64,000 nucleotides of DNA from Candidatus Bathyarchaeia archaeon (GCA_038826755.1 JAWBOE010000003.1:13346-77345), one strand, 5' to 3'; positions 29,493-38,925 are shown, counted from the stretch's first letter. Translations and numbers: made by a program. The notes: a model not told the origin generated them from the sequence alone.

Positions 29493-30767
29493 TTAACTGG
29501 TTATGAGAGTTTGACCGTTGTAGGTTATTGATCGCAATGTTGCTTCATTGATGCTGATCAAATTTGCTGGCAATGCTGCATACTGTAGTCCAGCCGCAAA
29601 TTGTTGCCCTTCGTGCACTACATACCAAATGAAGTCTACAAGTTGCTTGGCTTTATCTTGTGTCATTCCAGGCACGACATTTAGTTCTTGGTAGAGCAGC
29701 ATGTATGTTGGAACAACTATTGGGTATGCATTAGCTCCTGGAGCGTTGAGGATGCTGACTGTAGACCAATCGCCGCTTCCAGAAGGCAAAGTGCTTGTTG
29801 GTAGTGATTCTGCAGCTGCCGTTGTTGAGGCGAGTGTTGGCGCCACAAAGTTTCCTGCGGGGTTTTGTATTGCGGCTACAGGCATATTATTCTGTAATGC
29901 GTATGCTAGTTCAACGTAACCTATTGCGTACTGTGTCTGGTTTACTGTAGCTGCAACGTTCGCGTTTCCACTTGCGCCTATAGTAACTCCTGGCCACTGA
30001 ACTGTTGTACCGCTTCCAACTTGCGTGTTCCAAGCTGTGCTTACTGCGCTTAGGTATTTAGTGAACCAGTTAGTTGTGCCTGAACTATCGGATCTTCTAA
30101 CTTTTACAATGTCCTGATTTGGAAGACTTATCCCTGCATTAAGCGCAGTTATTGCAGGGTCATTCCATTTTGTAATTGTGCCCAAGTATATGTCTGCAAT
30201 AATTGGTCCAGTTAATTTTAGACCTGATGGGACACCGGGTAAATTATATGTTATTACTATTGCGCCGATGGTCTCTGGAATGTGGACTGCGTTTGGAGCT
30301 GCAGCTCGTTGTGATGCTGTTAGCGCCGCATCCGTGCAAGCAAAGTCAACAGTTTTGCTTGTGAATGCAGATATCCCTGATCCGCTTCCTACCCCTTGAT
30401 AGTTTATCTGAACATTTGGTCTAACTTGCGTTGTGTAATGTGCTATTATGGCGTTTATCAATGGCTGCGGAAATGTGGCTCCTGCTCCATTTAATGTTGC
30501 TGGTCCTGGAGTGGGAGTTGGCGTTACAATAGGTGTAGGCGTTTGCAGAGTTGGAGTTGTTGGTGTTTGTGTGGGTGTCGGCGTCTGTGCCTGAGTTGTT
30601 GGTGTTGCTGTTGGTGTTGGATTCGGTTGAGTTGGCGTTGAAGTGTTATTTGAACTAGGCGAACCGGTTGGTTCAGTTGCTGGTTGTGACAAGTAGAAGT
30701 AGCTTAAAGAACTTATGGTAATTATCGCAATTACGGCTATTGCTACTATCGTCTTTGAAAGTTTCAT
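29493..30767 (-). CDS. pstS: Phosphate-binding protein PstS with a long Thr/Pro-rich N-terminal linker
   Basis: 424 aa. An N-terminal anchor and a roughly 65-aa T/P/Q low-complexity linker precede LNGAGATFPQPL, YQGVGSGSG and RSDSSGTT PBP motifs. Confidence 0.9.
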   Translation of the reverse strand: MKLSKTIVAIAVIAIITISSLSYFYLSQPATEPTGSPSSNNTSTPTQPNPTPTATPTTQAQTPTPTQTPTTPTLQTPTPIVTPTPTPGPATLNGAGATFPQPLINAIIAHYTTQVRPNVQINYQGVGSGSGISAFTSKTVDFACTDAALTASQRAAAPNAVHIPETIGAIVITYNLPGVPSGLKLTGPIIADIYLGTITKWNDPAITALNAGISLPNQDIVKVRRSDSSGTTNWFTKYLSAVSTAWNTQVGSGTTVQWPGVTIGASGNANVAATVNQTQYAIGYVELAYALQNNMPVAAIQNPAGNFVAPTLASTTAAAESLPTSTLPSGSGDWSTVSILNAPGANAYPIVVPTYMLLYQELNVVPGMTQDKAKQLVDFIWYVVHEGQQFAAGLQYAALPANLISINEATLRSITYNGQTLITS

Positions 30768-30861
30768 TTGAGTTTGCTCTCCCTTTTCTTATTTTTCACT
30801 ATTGAAAAATAGCGGTCTTGTTATATTGTTTCTCGCAATAGTCTTTGTAGCCCCTAAGTTA

Positions 30862-30878
30862 CTATATAGACTATATAG
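30862..30878. promoter_or_regulatory. Two abutting copies of the palindromic octamer CTATATAG in the pstS/phoU-regulator divergent intergenic region
   Basis: CTATATAG-A-CTATATAG is read directly from the sequence. Each copy is self-complementary and TATA-like. It lies 95 nt from the pstS start and 49 nt from the regulator start. Confidence 0.4.
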
Positions 30879-30926
30879 ATAATCTATTAAATATCAATAT
30901 CTAATGAAATTTATAGAGTTGGTCTA

Positions 30927-31991
30927 ATGATACAGCAAACGCAAAATGTTGAAACTCGAAAAATTCAGTTCACAGGCGGTTCCACATACATAATTTCGTT
31001 ACCTAAAAAATGGATCGATCGAAATAATCTCAAAAAAGGCAGCTCCATAAAGCTACATGTGGAAGAAGATACGCTAATAATAACACCTGCAGATAAACCA
31101 ACTGTTCAAACGTTGGGTGAGGCACTTATTAAGATATCCCCAAAAGATAATCCTGCATCGGTAATTAGAAGAATAGTTTCCGCCTATTTAGTTGGCTATA
31201 GCTTTATCCGCATAAAAACCGAAAGGCAACAGCCATTAATAGTACAACAAAGGAATGCAATAAAAAACTTTGCAAGACATATGCTCATAGGCACTGAAAT
31301 ACTTATAGACACCTCTACAGAACTCGTTTTGCAAATTCTGCTGAGCTACCCCGAGTTGTCAATCCAAAGTGCTTTACGAAGAATGTGCATTATAACAGTA
31401 TCAATGCACAAGGATGCAATATCTGCACTTAAAACGCGCGACCAGCAATTAGCCAGAAGTGTAATTGATACGGATAACGAAGTAGACAGATTTACCCTCT
31501 ACATAGTGCGCCAACTCAAAACTGCAGTTCAAAATCCTCAAATTGTTAAAGAGATTGGTTTAACCATCGCCCGAGACTGTTTAGGCTACCGCCTTGTGAC
31601 CAAATCCGTGGAAAGGACAGCTGATCACGCAGTTAACATAGCTGAAAACGCTTTAAACCTAACACAGCAGCTTAACGCTGAGGTTGCGCAAAAAATTGAA
31701 GAAATGAGCGAAGTAGCCATAACTATGTTTGAAACAGCAATTGACGCGCTCCTAAGGCAAGACTTTAACTTGGCCGAGAGCATAATTGAAAAAACAGATG
31801 CTGTTATATCGCTGGAAAATGATGCAATAGCGGTTTCTCAAAAGAGCAATATAAGCGAGATGGCAAACCTGCGATTAGCAATCGAGAGCATAAGGCGCAC
31901 AGCTGAATACGCCGCTGACATAGCAGAAATTGTACTTAACCTCACAGTGGAATCCATAATCACCAGAGAACAACCTGCCAAATCGCTATAA
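30927..31991 (+). CDS. Phosphate uptake regulator: AbrB/SpoVT-type DNA-binding domain fused to tandem PhoU domains
   Basis: 354 aa. RKIQFTGGSTYIISLPKKWIDRNNLKKGSSIKL is a swapped-hairpin AbrB fold. Two PhoU repeats follow (D.EVDRF...; ERTADHAVNIAE; RRTAEYAADIAE). Confidence 0.8.
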   Translation: MIQQTQNVETRKIQFTGGSTYIISLPKKWIDRNNLKKGSSIKLHVEEDTLIITPADKPTVQTLGEALIKISPKDNPASVIRRIVSAYLVGYSFIRIKTERQQPLIVQQRNAIKNFARHMLIGTEILIDTSTELVLQILLSYPELSIQSALRRMCIITVSMHKDAISALKTRDQQLARSVIDTDNEVDRFTLYIVRQLKTAVQNPQIVKEIGLTIARDCLGYRLVTKSVERTADHAVNIAENALNLTQQLNAEVAQKIEEMSEVAITMFETAIDALLRQDFNLAESIIEKTDAVISLENDAIAVSQKSNISEMANLRLAIESIRRTAEYAADIAEIVLNLTVESIITREQPAKSL

Positions 31992-32311
31992 CTAAAATAG
32001 TCCCGCATCACTAATCTGATGATATAGCAAAATTAAAACTTTTGAGAATCTAATAGAAAATATTTTTGAAACAAATTTTATATTCAACACAAAATTCGCA
32101 CATAAATACCTATTCTGCTTACTTGTATCTTTTACTCTGAAAATTACACGCTATTTTTTTAGCGTTTTTCATCGCATGGTTATGTTTACCTACTAAACAT
32201 TTAATAATTAACCTCAAGTGTGTCCACTTGATATTCTTTGATGTTTGTTATCGTGCGATAAAGTTAAAGCGTTAAACCGCCATTTTTCCAATAAAAGTCG
32301 AGGAACTAATA

Positions 32312-33670
32312 ATGGCTAGTGATGAAAATTCAGGTTACAAGGGTGCCGCTTTAAGTGCCATAACGAAAGCAGAATGTAATATCGGCGATGTTATACGCGT
32401 CACAAGCATCGGAAAAAGCTATGAAGGTATACTCATTCCCAGATCAGAGATGGGTGATGCGGAGCATATTGTTATCAAGTTGAAGAGCGGCTACAACATT
32501 GGAATAAAAGTAACAGCTGAAACAAAAATTGAGAAAATAGGCAAAGGCATAAAGCCTTCTTTTACAGCGCCTGAGCTACCGCCGAAGAAAGATCATTTAC
32601 CCAAAGTCGTCATATTAAGCACTGGTGGCACAATAGCCAGCCGCGTTGATTACCGCACAGGAGCTGTGCGACCGGCATTATCCGCCAGCGATCTATATGG
32701 TGTTGTGCCTGAACTCAGTGACATCGCGCAAGTGGACACGCAAATCTTGTTCAGCCTCTATAGTGAAAATATAACCCCTCACCACTGGGCACAAATAGCA
32801 GAAACCGTGGCAGCGCACATAGCCACAGGCGTTAACGGCGTAGTGATTGCGCATGGAACAGACACTATGGCGTATACTGCTGCGGCTTTGAGCTTTGCAT
32901 TGCAAAATTTACCTGTACCTGTAGTGCTTGTAGGCGCTCAGCGTTCCAGTGACCGTCCCAGTTCTGATGCCGCAACAAACCTTATAGGTGCAGTCCAAGT
33001 CGCTGCGCAAGCACCTTTTGCTGAAGTGGTTGTTGCCATGCACGAAACAATTTCAGACAAAAGTATAATCATTAACCGTGGCACCAAAGTCAGAAAGTGC
33101 CACACTAGCCGTCGTGATGCGTTTAGAGCTGTAAACGATGTGCCAATAGCAAGAGTGGAAAACAACAAAATTAGTTTGTTGACTAGTGATTACTTGAAAC
33201 GTGATCCTACAAAAACACTAACAGTTAAATCTGCTTTTAGTGATAAGGTTGCGCTCGTCAAGTTTTATCCTAGTTTAAATCCTGAAGTAATCGACTGGTA
33301 CGTGAAAAAAGGTTACCGAGGTATATTGCTGGAAGGAACAGGCTTAGGACACGTAAGCAAATACTGCTTCAATGCGATAGAAAATGCCATCAAGCACAAT
33401 GTGATAATTGCGTTGGCTTCTCAGTGCATTTGGGGACGTGTAAATATGCACGTGTACGACACAGGCCGCGACCTACTGAGTATCGGCGTAATTCCTGCTG
33501 AAGATATGTTCCCTGAAACTGCTCTTGTTAAGCTCATGTGGGTGCTTGGACAGACAGAAAACGTGGAGGATGTAAGGCGACTCTTTATTACAAACATTGC
33601 AGGTGAATTCTGTCCACGCACTCTGCTAGAAGAAGCATGCAATCAAGAGGGGCACAACAATGGAGATTGA
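32312..33670 (+). CDS. gatD: Glutamyl-tRNA(Gln) amidotransferase subunit D
   Basis: 452 aa. An N-terminal GatD-specific beta domain plus an asparaginase-like domain (ILSTGGTIAS, HGTDTMAYTAAAL). Confidence 0.9.
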   Translation: MASDENSGYKGAALSAITKAECNIGDVIRVTSIGKSYEGILIPRSEMGDAEHIVIKLKSGYNIGIKVTAETKIEKIGKGIKPSFTAPELPPKKDHLPKVVILSTGGTIASRVDYRTGAVRPALSASDLYGVVPELSDIAQVDTQILFSLYSENITPHHWAQIAETVAAHIATGVNGVVIAHGTDTMAYTAAALSFALQNLPVPVVLVGAQRSSDRPSSDAATNLIGAVQVAAQAPFAEVVVAMHETISDKSIIINRGTKVRKCHTSRRDAFRAVNDVPIARVENNKISLLTSDYLKRDPTKTLTVKSAFSDKVALVKFYPSLNPEVIDWYVKKGYRGILLEGTGLGHVSKYCFNAIENAIKHNVIIALASQCIWGRVNMHVYDTGRDLLSIGVIPAEDMFPETALVKLMWVLGQTENVEDVRRLFITNIAGEFCPRTLLEEACNQEGHNNGD

Positions 33671-35576
33671 TTACACAAGAATTGGTTTAAAAGTTGGTTT
33701 AGAAATTCACCAGCAACTTGCTACTTCAACAAAACTTTTCTGTAACTGTAAGCCTGAACTCTTTAAGGGAACGCCAGAAATTACGTTCCTTCGTAGACTT
33801 AGACCAACCCAAAGCGAACTAGGGCAAGTGGATGCCGCTGCTTATTTTGAGTTTCAAAAGGGTATCCAAATATGCTATGAAGCGAATCGCATAAGCGCCT
33901 GCTTGGTAGAAATGGACGAAGAGCCACCGCATCCGTTGAGCATGGAAGCTGTAGAAACTGTGTTATTGGCAGCCTTGATGATGAATGCACAGCCAGTAGA
34001 TGAAGTTCATGTAATGCGCAAAACAGTTATAGACGGCTCAAACACTACAGGCTTTCAGCGCACTTGCGTCATCGCATTAGATGGCTGGATAAAAGTTGGA
34101 GAAAAAACAATCCCAATCCAGCATGCAAGCTTAGAAGAAGATGCTGCACGAAAAACAGGAGACGAAGGAGACGGAAAGATAATTCACTACCGCATAGATC
34201 GTCTAGGCATACCGCTGATTGAAGTAGCAACTGCCCCTGTCATTCACACACCAACTGAAGCCCAAGAGGTAGCCTTAGCAATAGGCAAAATTTTACGTGA
34301 CACTGGCAGAGTTATGCGTGGTTTAGGCACAATACGCCAAGACTTAAACGTATCTATCTCCAATGGTGCTCTAGTAGAAATCAAAGGTGTACAGGAACTC
34401 GAATTAATCTCTCGCGTTGTAGAATACGAAGTGCAAAGGCAGTTGACTTTGCTCAGCATAAGCGAAGAACTAAAAAAACGCGACATAAGCACTGCAAGTC
34501 TGACTGACGACTTTTATGATGTTACTCCAATATTCAGGCAAACTAAATGTAAAGTCATTCAGAAAGCTCTGGAAAAGCATCACTGCGTAAAAGCGGTTAA
34601 ACTATCAAAATTCAGCGGTATTCTTAAATGTGAACTTGCGCCCAATTTCCGTTTTGGCACCGAGCTTGCGGATAGAGCACGCTTTTGGGGTGGTGTTGGA
34701 GGTATATTCCATACTGACGAAATGCCTGCTTATGGCATAACGTCTGAAGAAATTTCGTTACTACGAAATGCAGTAAAAGCTGAGGCAGATGATGCTGTAG
34801 TCTTCGTTGCAGACACGACCGAAAAAGCAGTGGACGCGTTAAGGGCTGTGGTGGAAAGAGTCCGAGAAGCTTTAAATGGTGTTCCAAGTGAAACTCGTGT
34901 AGCAACCCCTGATGGAACAACGCGTTACATGCGTCCTCGTCCAGGCGCGGCACGTCTGTATCCTGAAACTGACATCCCGCCATTGCAGATAACCCGTGCA
35001 TTGATTGAAAAAACCCGTGCCAATTTGCCCGAGCCTGCAGAAAAGAAAATTAAGCGATTAATCGTTGAACGTGGTTTAAACGAGAAACTAGCAAACCAGA
35101 TTATAAATTCCGAGTATAATACTCTGTTTGATATAATAGTGGAGGAAAGTGGCGTAGCCGCTACAATTATCGCTGCGTTTCTGACAGAAACCGTGAAAGC
35201 GCTTAAACGCGATGGAGTTCCCATAGACCAAATTACCGATAACCAGCTGCGCGATGCATTTAAACTCGTTGGCAGAGGGGAACTCGCTAAGGAAGCTGTA
35301 ACTGATGTGATTACTTGGCTTGCTAAACACGAAGGCAGAAGTGTGCAGGATGCTGTTGTTGAGTTGGGGTTGAAAATGCTTTCGGCAGCAGAGTTAAAAG
35401 TAATTATTGAACGTGTAATTGCAGCAAATAAGCAAATAGTGGATAAACTTGGGAAAAATTCGTTTGGCGCATTAATGGGAGCAGTGATGCGGGAAGTACG
35501 TGGTAAAGCAACCCCGGAACTTGTCAGTAAATTGCTAAAAGAACAACTTCCGTCACAGGATGCCTCAGAGAGGTAG
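33660..35576 (+). CDS. gatE: Glutamyl-tRNA(Gln) amidotransferase subunit E
   Basis: 638 aa. GLEIHQQL...KLFC.C, the GatB/E core, the AspRS-like insertion and a YqeY-like tail. It overlaps gatD by 11 nt. Confidence 0.9.
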   Translation: MEIDYTRIGLKVGLEIHQQLATSTKLFCNCKPELFKGTPEITFLRRLRPTQSELGQVDAAAYFEFQKGIQICYEANRISACLVEMDEEPPHPLSMEAVETVLLAALMMNAQPVDEVHVMRKTVIDGSNTTGFQRTCVIALDGWIKVGEKTIPIQHASLEEDAARKTGDEGDGKIIHYRIDRLGIPLIEVATAPVIHTPTEAQEVALAIGKILRDTGRVMRGLGTIRQDLNVSISNGALVEIKGVQELELISRVVEYEVQRQLTLLSISEELKKRDISTASLTDDFYDVTPIFRQTKCKVIQKALEKHHCVKAVKLSKFSGILKCELAPNFRFGTELADRARFWGGVGGIFHTDEMPAYGITSEEISLLRNAVKAEADDAVVFVADTTEKAVDALRAVVERVREALNGVPSETRVATPDGTTRYMRPRPGAARLYPETDIPPLQITRALIEKTRANLPEPAEKKIKRLIVERGLNEKLANQIINSEYNTLFDIIVEESGVAATIIAAFLTETVKALKRDGVPIDQITDNQLRDAFKLVGRGELAKEAVTDVITWLAKHEGRSVQDAVVELGLKMLSAAELKVIIERVIAANKQIVDKLGKNSFGALMGAVMREVRGKATPELVSKLLKEQLPSQDASER

Positions 35577-35815
35577 TTTTATCTAATCAGCTTTAAGTGC
35601 AGCAGAGCGCGTTATTTGTCCACTTTTGTGCAGGAAAGGCTTAAATAGCGCATGCGAGGTTGCAATAAACAATTCGCAATGTCTAGATAAGAAATAAACT
35701 GGAAAGGTTTAGAGAAGCACCCTACTAGTCCAATCAAGCACCCCGTAGAAAATCAATTTTACTTTTCGCTGCTCTAAACCCCAGAAATTTAAAAACTAAT
35801 CCACATTGTGCATAA

Positions 35816-35823
35816 TTTATAAA
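35816..35823 (+). promoter_or_regulatory. TATA-box-like TTTATAAA upstream of the three-gene paralog cassette
   Basis: It lies 68 nt upstream of ATG 35891. AGGAGA at 35875-35880 could serve as the ribosome-binding site. Confidence 0.35.
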
Positions 35824-35890
35824 TGTTCTTGACGTAAACTAGTTACGTGGAGTTTATGCTGTGCAATTAGTAGCAGGAGAAAGGGATAAA

Positions 35891-36412
35891 ATGGTGCAAA
35901 CAAAAAAATTGGAAGAGACGCAGGAAAAGGATTTTGTATTTCGCGTTAAACTTGGCGAATCTGAAATAGAACTCAAAGGAACGTATAACGAGGTTACAAA
36001 GACCATTCAAGATCTTCCAAACTTGTTCGCCAATATCCGCAAGGCTTTGGAAAGTGTAAAACCTAAGACAGTGGCAACAATTACCGTAAAAGCTGAATCA
36101 GCACGCAAAGAAGCACCTACTGCCACAGCGGATGTCCCTGTTCAAAGTTACCCTCAACTTCCCGCGCAAATAAGTTGCGACGAAGCGATATTAAGAATTC
36201 TGGAATCTGACTGGGGTAAATGGCGTCCTAGGACACTGGAGGAAATCCAAGAAGTCATGAAAGCAAACAATCTTCAATTTATGGGCCGTATGTTAAATGC
36301 AGCTCTTGATGCGCTCGTAGAAAAAGGTAATGTGCGTCGTTGGAATACAAATGCAGGCTTTGTTTATATACTCGCAGAAAAGAAAACAAATGCTGAGGCT
36401 GAAAACAAATGA
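35891..36412 (+). CDS. Hypothetical protein A of paralog triad: small N-terminal beta/alpha unit, Pro/Ala-rich linker, C-terminal winged-helix-like module
   Basis: The ORF-track GTG is at 35861, and the ATG at 35891 with an upstream AGGAGA is preferred. The N-terminal unit is FVFRVKLGESEIELKGTYNEVTKTIQDLP. The C-terminal module is ISCDEAILRILESDWGKWRPRTLEEIQEVM...LDALVEKGNVRRWNTNAGFVYILAE. Confidence 0.6.
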   Translation: MVQTKKLEETQEKDFVFRVKLGESEIELKGTYNEVTKTIQDLPNLFANIRKALESVKPKTVATITVKAESARKEAPTATADVPVQSYPQLPAQISCDEAILRILESDWGKWRPRTLEEIQEVMKANNLQFMGRMLNAALDALVEKGNVRRWNTNAGFVYILAEKKTNAEAENK

Positions 36413-36879
36413 CAAGAATTGAAGCGCGCATACGAACTCCATTTGGCGAAGTTGTAATTGAAGGGGAAACACCACAAGAAATCCTTAACGCACTTGAATC
36501 TATGCCTGCTGATTTTGTAACAAAGCTGTCTGATTTTGTCTCCAACAGGTTGACACCTGCAAGCGCCCAATTAAAAGGCATAATTGAATCAACAACCGAG
36601 GGTCCACTTATAGCTACACGTGAAAAACTAACACATTATGAAGCAGTTGGTCTGACACTTTATGCATCTGAGGACAGAAAAAACACTGCTGCGCAAATTG
36701 AGAAACTCCTAGAGTCACGTGGAATAAAATGTATGGTTCCTGCACGCCTGAATGAGATGACCAAGCGTGGTCAAGTATTCAAACCTGATCCATCAAAGCC
36801 CGAGTTCAAACTAACAATTCAGGGAGAAAAATGGATTGAGGATGAAGTTATAGCTAGGCTCAGAGGCAAAATGAGTTGA
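36409..36879 (+). CDS. Hypothetical protein B of paralog triad (same architecture)
   Basis: Its start ATG overlaps the stop of A (ATGA). The N-terminal unit is IEARIRTPFGEVVIEGETPQEILNALESMP. The C-terminal module is KLTHYEAVGLTLYAS...AAQIEKLLESRG...RLNEMTKRGQVFK...EFKLTIQGEKWIEDEVIARL. Confidence 0.6.
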   Translation: MTRIEARIRTPFGEVVIEGETPQEILNALESMPADFVTKLSDFVSNRLTPASAQLKGIIESTTEGPLIATREKLTHYEAVGLTLYASEDRKNTAAQIEKLLESRGIKCMVPARLNEMTKRGQVFKPDPSKPEFKLTIQGEKWIEDEVIARLRGKMS

Positions 36880-37394
36880 GTGAGGAAACAAAAAATTTAG
36901 TAAGTGTACAAATCAATTATCGTGACGTTCAGCAAACTTTTTCAGCACCACCTGGAGAAGCATGGCATTTACTCTGTAAGTTCTTTAATGAGTTTATCCC
37001 TCAATATGAGATTAGCCACAGGCTCTGGCTTAACACCGATATACAACAGCTTGCAAAAGCCTGTGAGGGCCTTATTGCTTTTTCACAGGAAGGCGCCAGC
37101 GTGCTTGTACCGAAAGGCAAGTTAACAGATAACGAGACTCTATTGCTTTGGCTTTTAGCTAGTTATATTGGCTACAGGATAGGTATACTGAGTATAGATT
37201 GTCTTTCAAAAAGTGAATTGCAAATGAAACTTGGGAAAAATGGAAAGATCACAGGTACGCGGTTAGGTGAGCTTGTTAAAAGTGGTATGGCAACAAAATT
37301 GGCTGACGAAAAGTTCAAGTTAACAGTGTTTGGTGCCGTGCAGATGCAAAAAGAGGTTATACCACGGATAAAAGCAAAAGCGGCTACGTTATGA
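36876..37394 (+). CDS. Hypothetical protein C of paralog triad (same architecture)
   Basis: Its TTG start overlaps the stop of B (TTGA). The N-terminal unit is LVSVQINYRDVQQTFSAPPGEAWHLLCKFF. The C-terminal module is KLTDNETLLLWLLAS...LSKSELQMKLG...TRLGELVKSGMATK...KFKLTVFGAVQMQKEVIPRI. Confidence 0.55.
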   Translation: MSEETKNLVSVQINYRDVQQTFSAPPGEAWHLLCKFFNEFIPQYEISHRLWLNTDIQQLAKACEGLIAFSQEGASVLVPKGKLTDNETLLLWLLASYIGYRIGILSIDCLSKSELQMKLGKNGKITGTRLGELVKSGMATKLADEKFKLTVFGAVQMQKEVIPRIKAKAATL

Positions 37395-37405
37395 TAATTT
37401 AGTTG

Positions 37406-37430
37406 CTTTTTCCAGATTTTCTTGTTTTTG
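37406..37430 (+). terminator. Cluster of oligo-T tracts after the triad cassette
   Basis: CTTTTTCCAGATTTTCTTGTTTTTG lies 12 nt after the stop. Archaeal RNA polymerase terminates at oligo-T. Confidence 0.35.
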
Positions 37431-37552
37431 CAGGTAACCGGTTAATGTTTCAAAAGTTTACTTTTAGCTTACTTAAGTCAAAAAACTAGAAAGTTTGGGA
37501 ATCCTTTTTATTTATATGTGCTCTATTAGCTGTTTAGGGAGAAGAGAAAGCT

Positions 37553-38125
37553 GTGGAATTGAAAGGTAGTAAAACAGAAAAAAACTTGCTTGCTGCGTTT
37601 GCAGGAGAGTGTCAAGCTCGGACAAGATACAATTTTTTTGCCAGCGTTGCGCGAAAAGAGGGATACGAACAGATAGCTGCGCTATTCGATGAAACAGCTG
37701 ATAATGAAAAGGAGCATGCAAAACTATTTTTTAAGCAGTTGCGAGGTGGTACTGCGAAGATTACTGCTGAATATCCCGCTGGTGTGATCGCCGGAACCGC
37801 AGAAAATCTTGAAGAGGCTGCGAAAGGAGAAAAACTCGAATGGGGTGAGCTTTATCCTGAGTTTGCTGAGACAGCTGAGAAAGAAGGTTTCGCTGATATA
37901 GCTCATATATTCCGTATGGTGGCTAAGGTCGAAGCTTATCACGAAAAGCGGTTCTTAAAACTTCTGGCGAATGTTAAAAGTGGCCGCGTTTTTAGGAAGG
38001 ATCAGGTTATAAAGTGGAAGTGTCGAAATTGTGGGCATGTTTTTGATGGCAGTGAGGCGCCTGAAAAATGCCCTGTCTGTAGTCATCCAAGAAGCTACTT
38101 TGAAGTCTGGTGCGAAAACTATTAG
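37553..38125 (+). CDS. rbr: Rubrerythrin
   Basis: 190 aa with a GTG start. A ferritin-like diiron domain (TEKNLLAAFAGE...E..EH) plus a C-terminal rubredoxin CxxC...CxxC (CRNCGH...CPVCSHP). Confidence 0.9.
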   Translation: MELKGSKTEKNLLAAFAGECQARTRYNFFASVARKEGYEQIAALFDETADNEKEHAKLFFKQLRGGTAKITAEYPAGVIAGTAENLEEAAKGEKLEWGELYPEFAETAEKEGFADIAHIFRMVAKVEAYHEKRFLKLLANVKSGRVFRKDQVIKWKCRNCGHVFDGSEAPEKCPVCSHPRSYFEVWCENY

Positions 38126-38190
38126 AAAACACACCAATTTTTTATTTTATGTTGAAACAAAAAGTAATTTAAACGCTATTTACGCTGTTA

Positions 38191-38925
38191 TTAACCTAAA
38201 ACTTGCTCTGTGTTGCCTGCTTCTCTTATAATATTGAATAGCTGTCTAGCGTTTTCTAACATTGCATGGTTGTTATTAAAAAATATGTATGCCTTTTCAG
38301 GCTTTAGTTTTCGAATGCCTTCTACAACTTCTTTCAATTCTTCAACGCTGTAATCGTGCCGGTACCATGCGGTTCGGCCATGCATTCGCATGTAAACGAC
38401 ATTGGTGGTTTTAAAGATTTTTCGAGGAAGGGTCGGCGCATCAACACTGACTAGTGTAATACCCACTTTTGTTGCCCATTCTGCCCACTTATCGGTGAAC
38501 CAGTTTAAGTTTCTAACTTCTAATGCGAATTTAGTTTCAAGTTCTGTTTTTTTAAAGAATGTCTCTATCTTATCAGCGTCTTCAGGCGCCAGAGAAGCTG
38601 GTGTTTGGAAAAGGAAAAAATCAGTAATTGTTTCTATAGGCGCAAAGAGACTACGAAATCGTTGAAATTGCTGAAGTGTCTCAGTGCTGAACCTATGTAT
38701 ATGCGTTATGAGACGGTTAACTTTAATTACCCACCTTAAACTGTTGCCGTTTAGACTCCAAGATTTAATCATTGAGGAGTAGGGATAGCGGTAGAAGCTA
38801 GCGTTCAATTCGATTGCGTTTAGTCCACTGTTTGCTACATACCATCCTAAATTTCGTCCTTCGTTCCACGGATAAGCCCAACCTGATGTGCCTACGTAAA
38901 ACTCCAATTTTATTTCACCATCCAA
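38191..38925 (-). CDS. DUF72-family protein
   Basis: 244 aa. The VGTSGWAYPWN start and overall pattern are typical of DUF72 (YecE-like). Confidence 0.75.
   Translation of the reverse strand: MDGEIKLEFYVGTSGWAYPWNEGRNLGWYVANSGLNAIELNASFYRYPYSSMIKSWSLNGNSLRWVIKVNRLITHIHRFSTETLQQFQRFRSLFAPIETITDFFLFQTPASLAPEDADKIETFFKKTELETKFALEVRNLNWFTDKWAEWATKVGITLVSVDAPTLPRKIFKTTNVVYMRMHGRTAWYRHDYSVEELKEVVEGIRKLKPEKAYIFFNNNHAMLENARQLFNIIREAGNTEQVLG

Noticed and set aside
30480-30680. Repetitive GGTGTTGG/GTTGGAGT-like DNA that at first glance resembles a tandem repeat array
   Set aside because: It is the antisense of the Thr/Pro/Gln-rich linker of PstS (TPTQPNPTPTATPTTQAQTPTPTQTPTTPTLQTPTP...). It is in frame within a clearly coding gene and has no spacer/repeat periodicity of the CRISPR type.
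32010-32090. Possible C/D box sRNA: CTGATGA at 32016-32022 in the spacer upstream of gatD
   Set aside because: There is no CUGA D or D' box at the 12-nt guide spacing, no second C' box and no terminal stem within 70 nt. The UGAUGA match is isolated in AT-rich sequence.
36279-36581. Minus-strand ORFs (60-100 aa) across the junction of triad genes A and B
   Set aside because: They overlap two plus-strand ORFs that have start/stop coupling and mutual paralogy. Their products are Cys/Phe/Ser-rich with no structure-like pattern.
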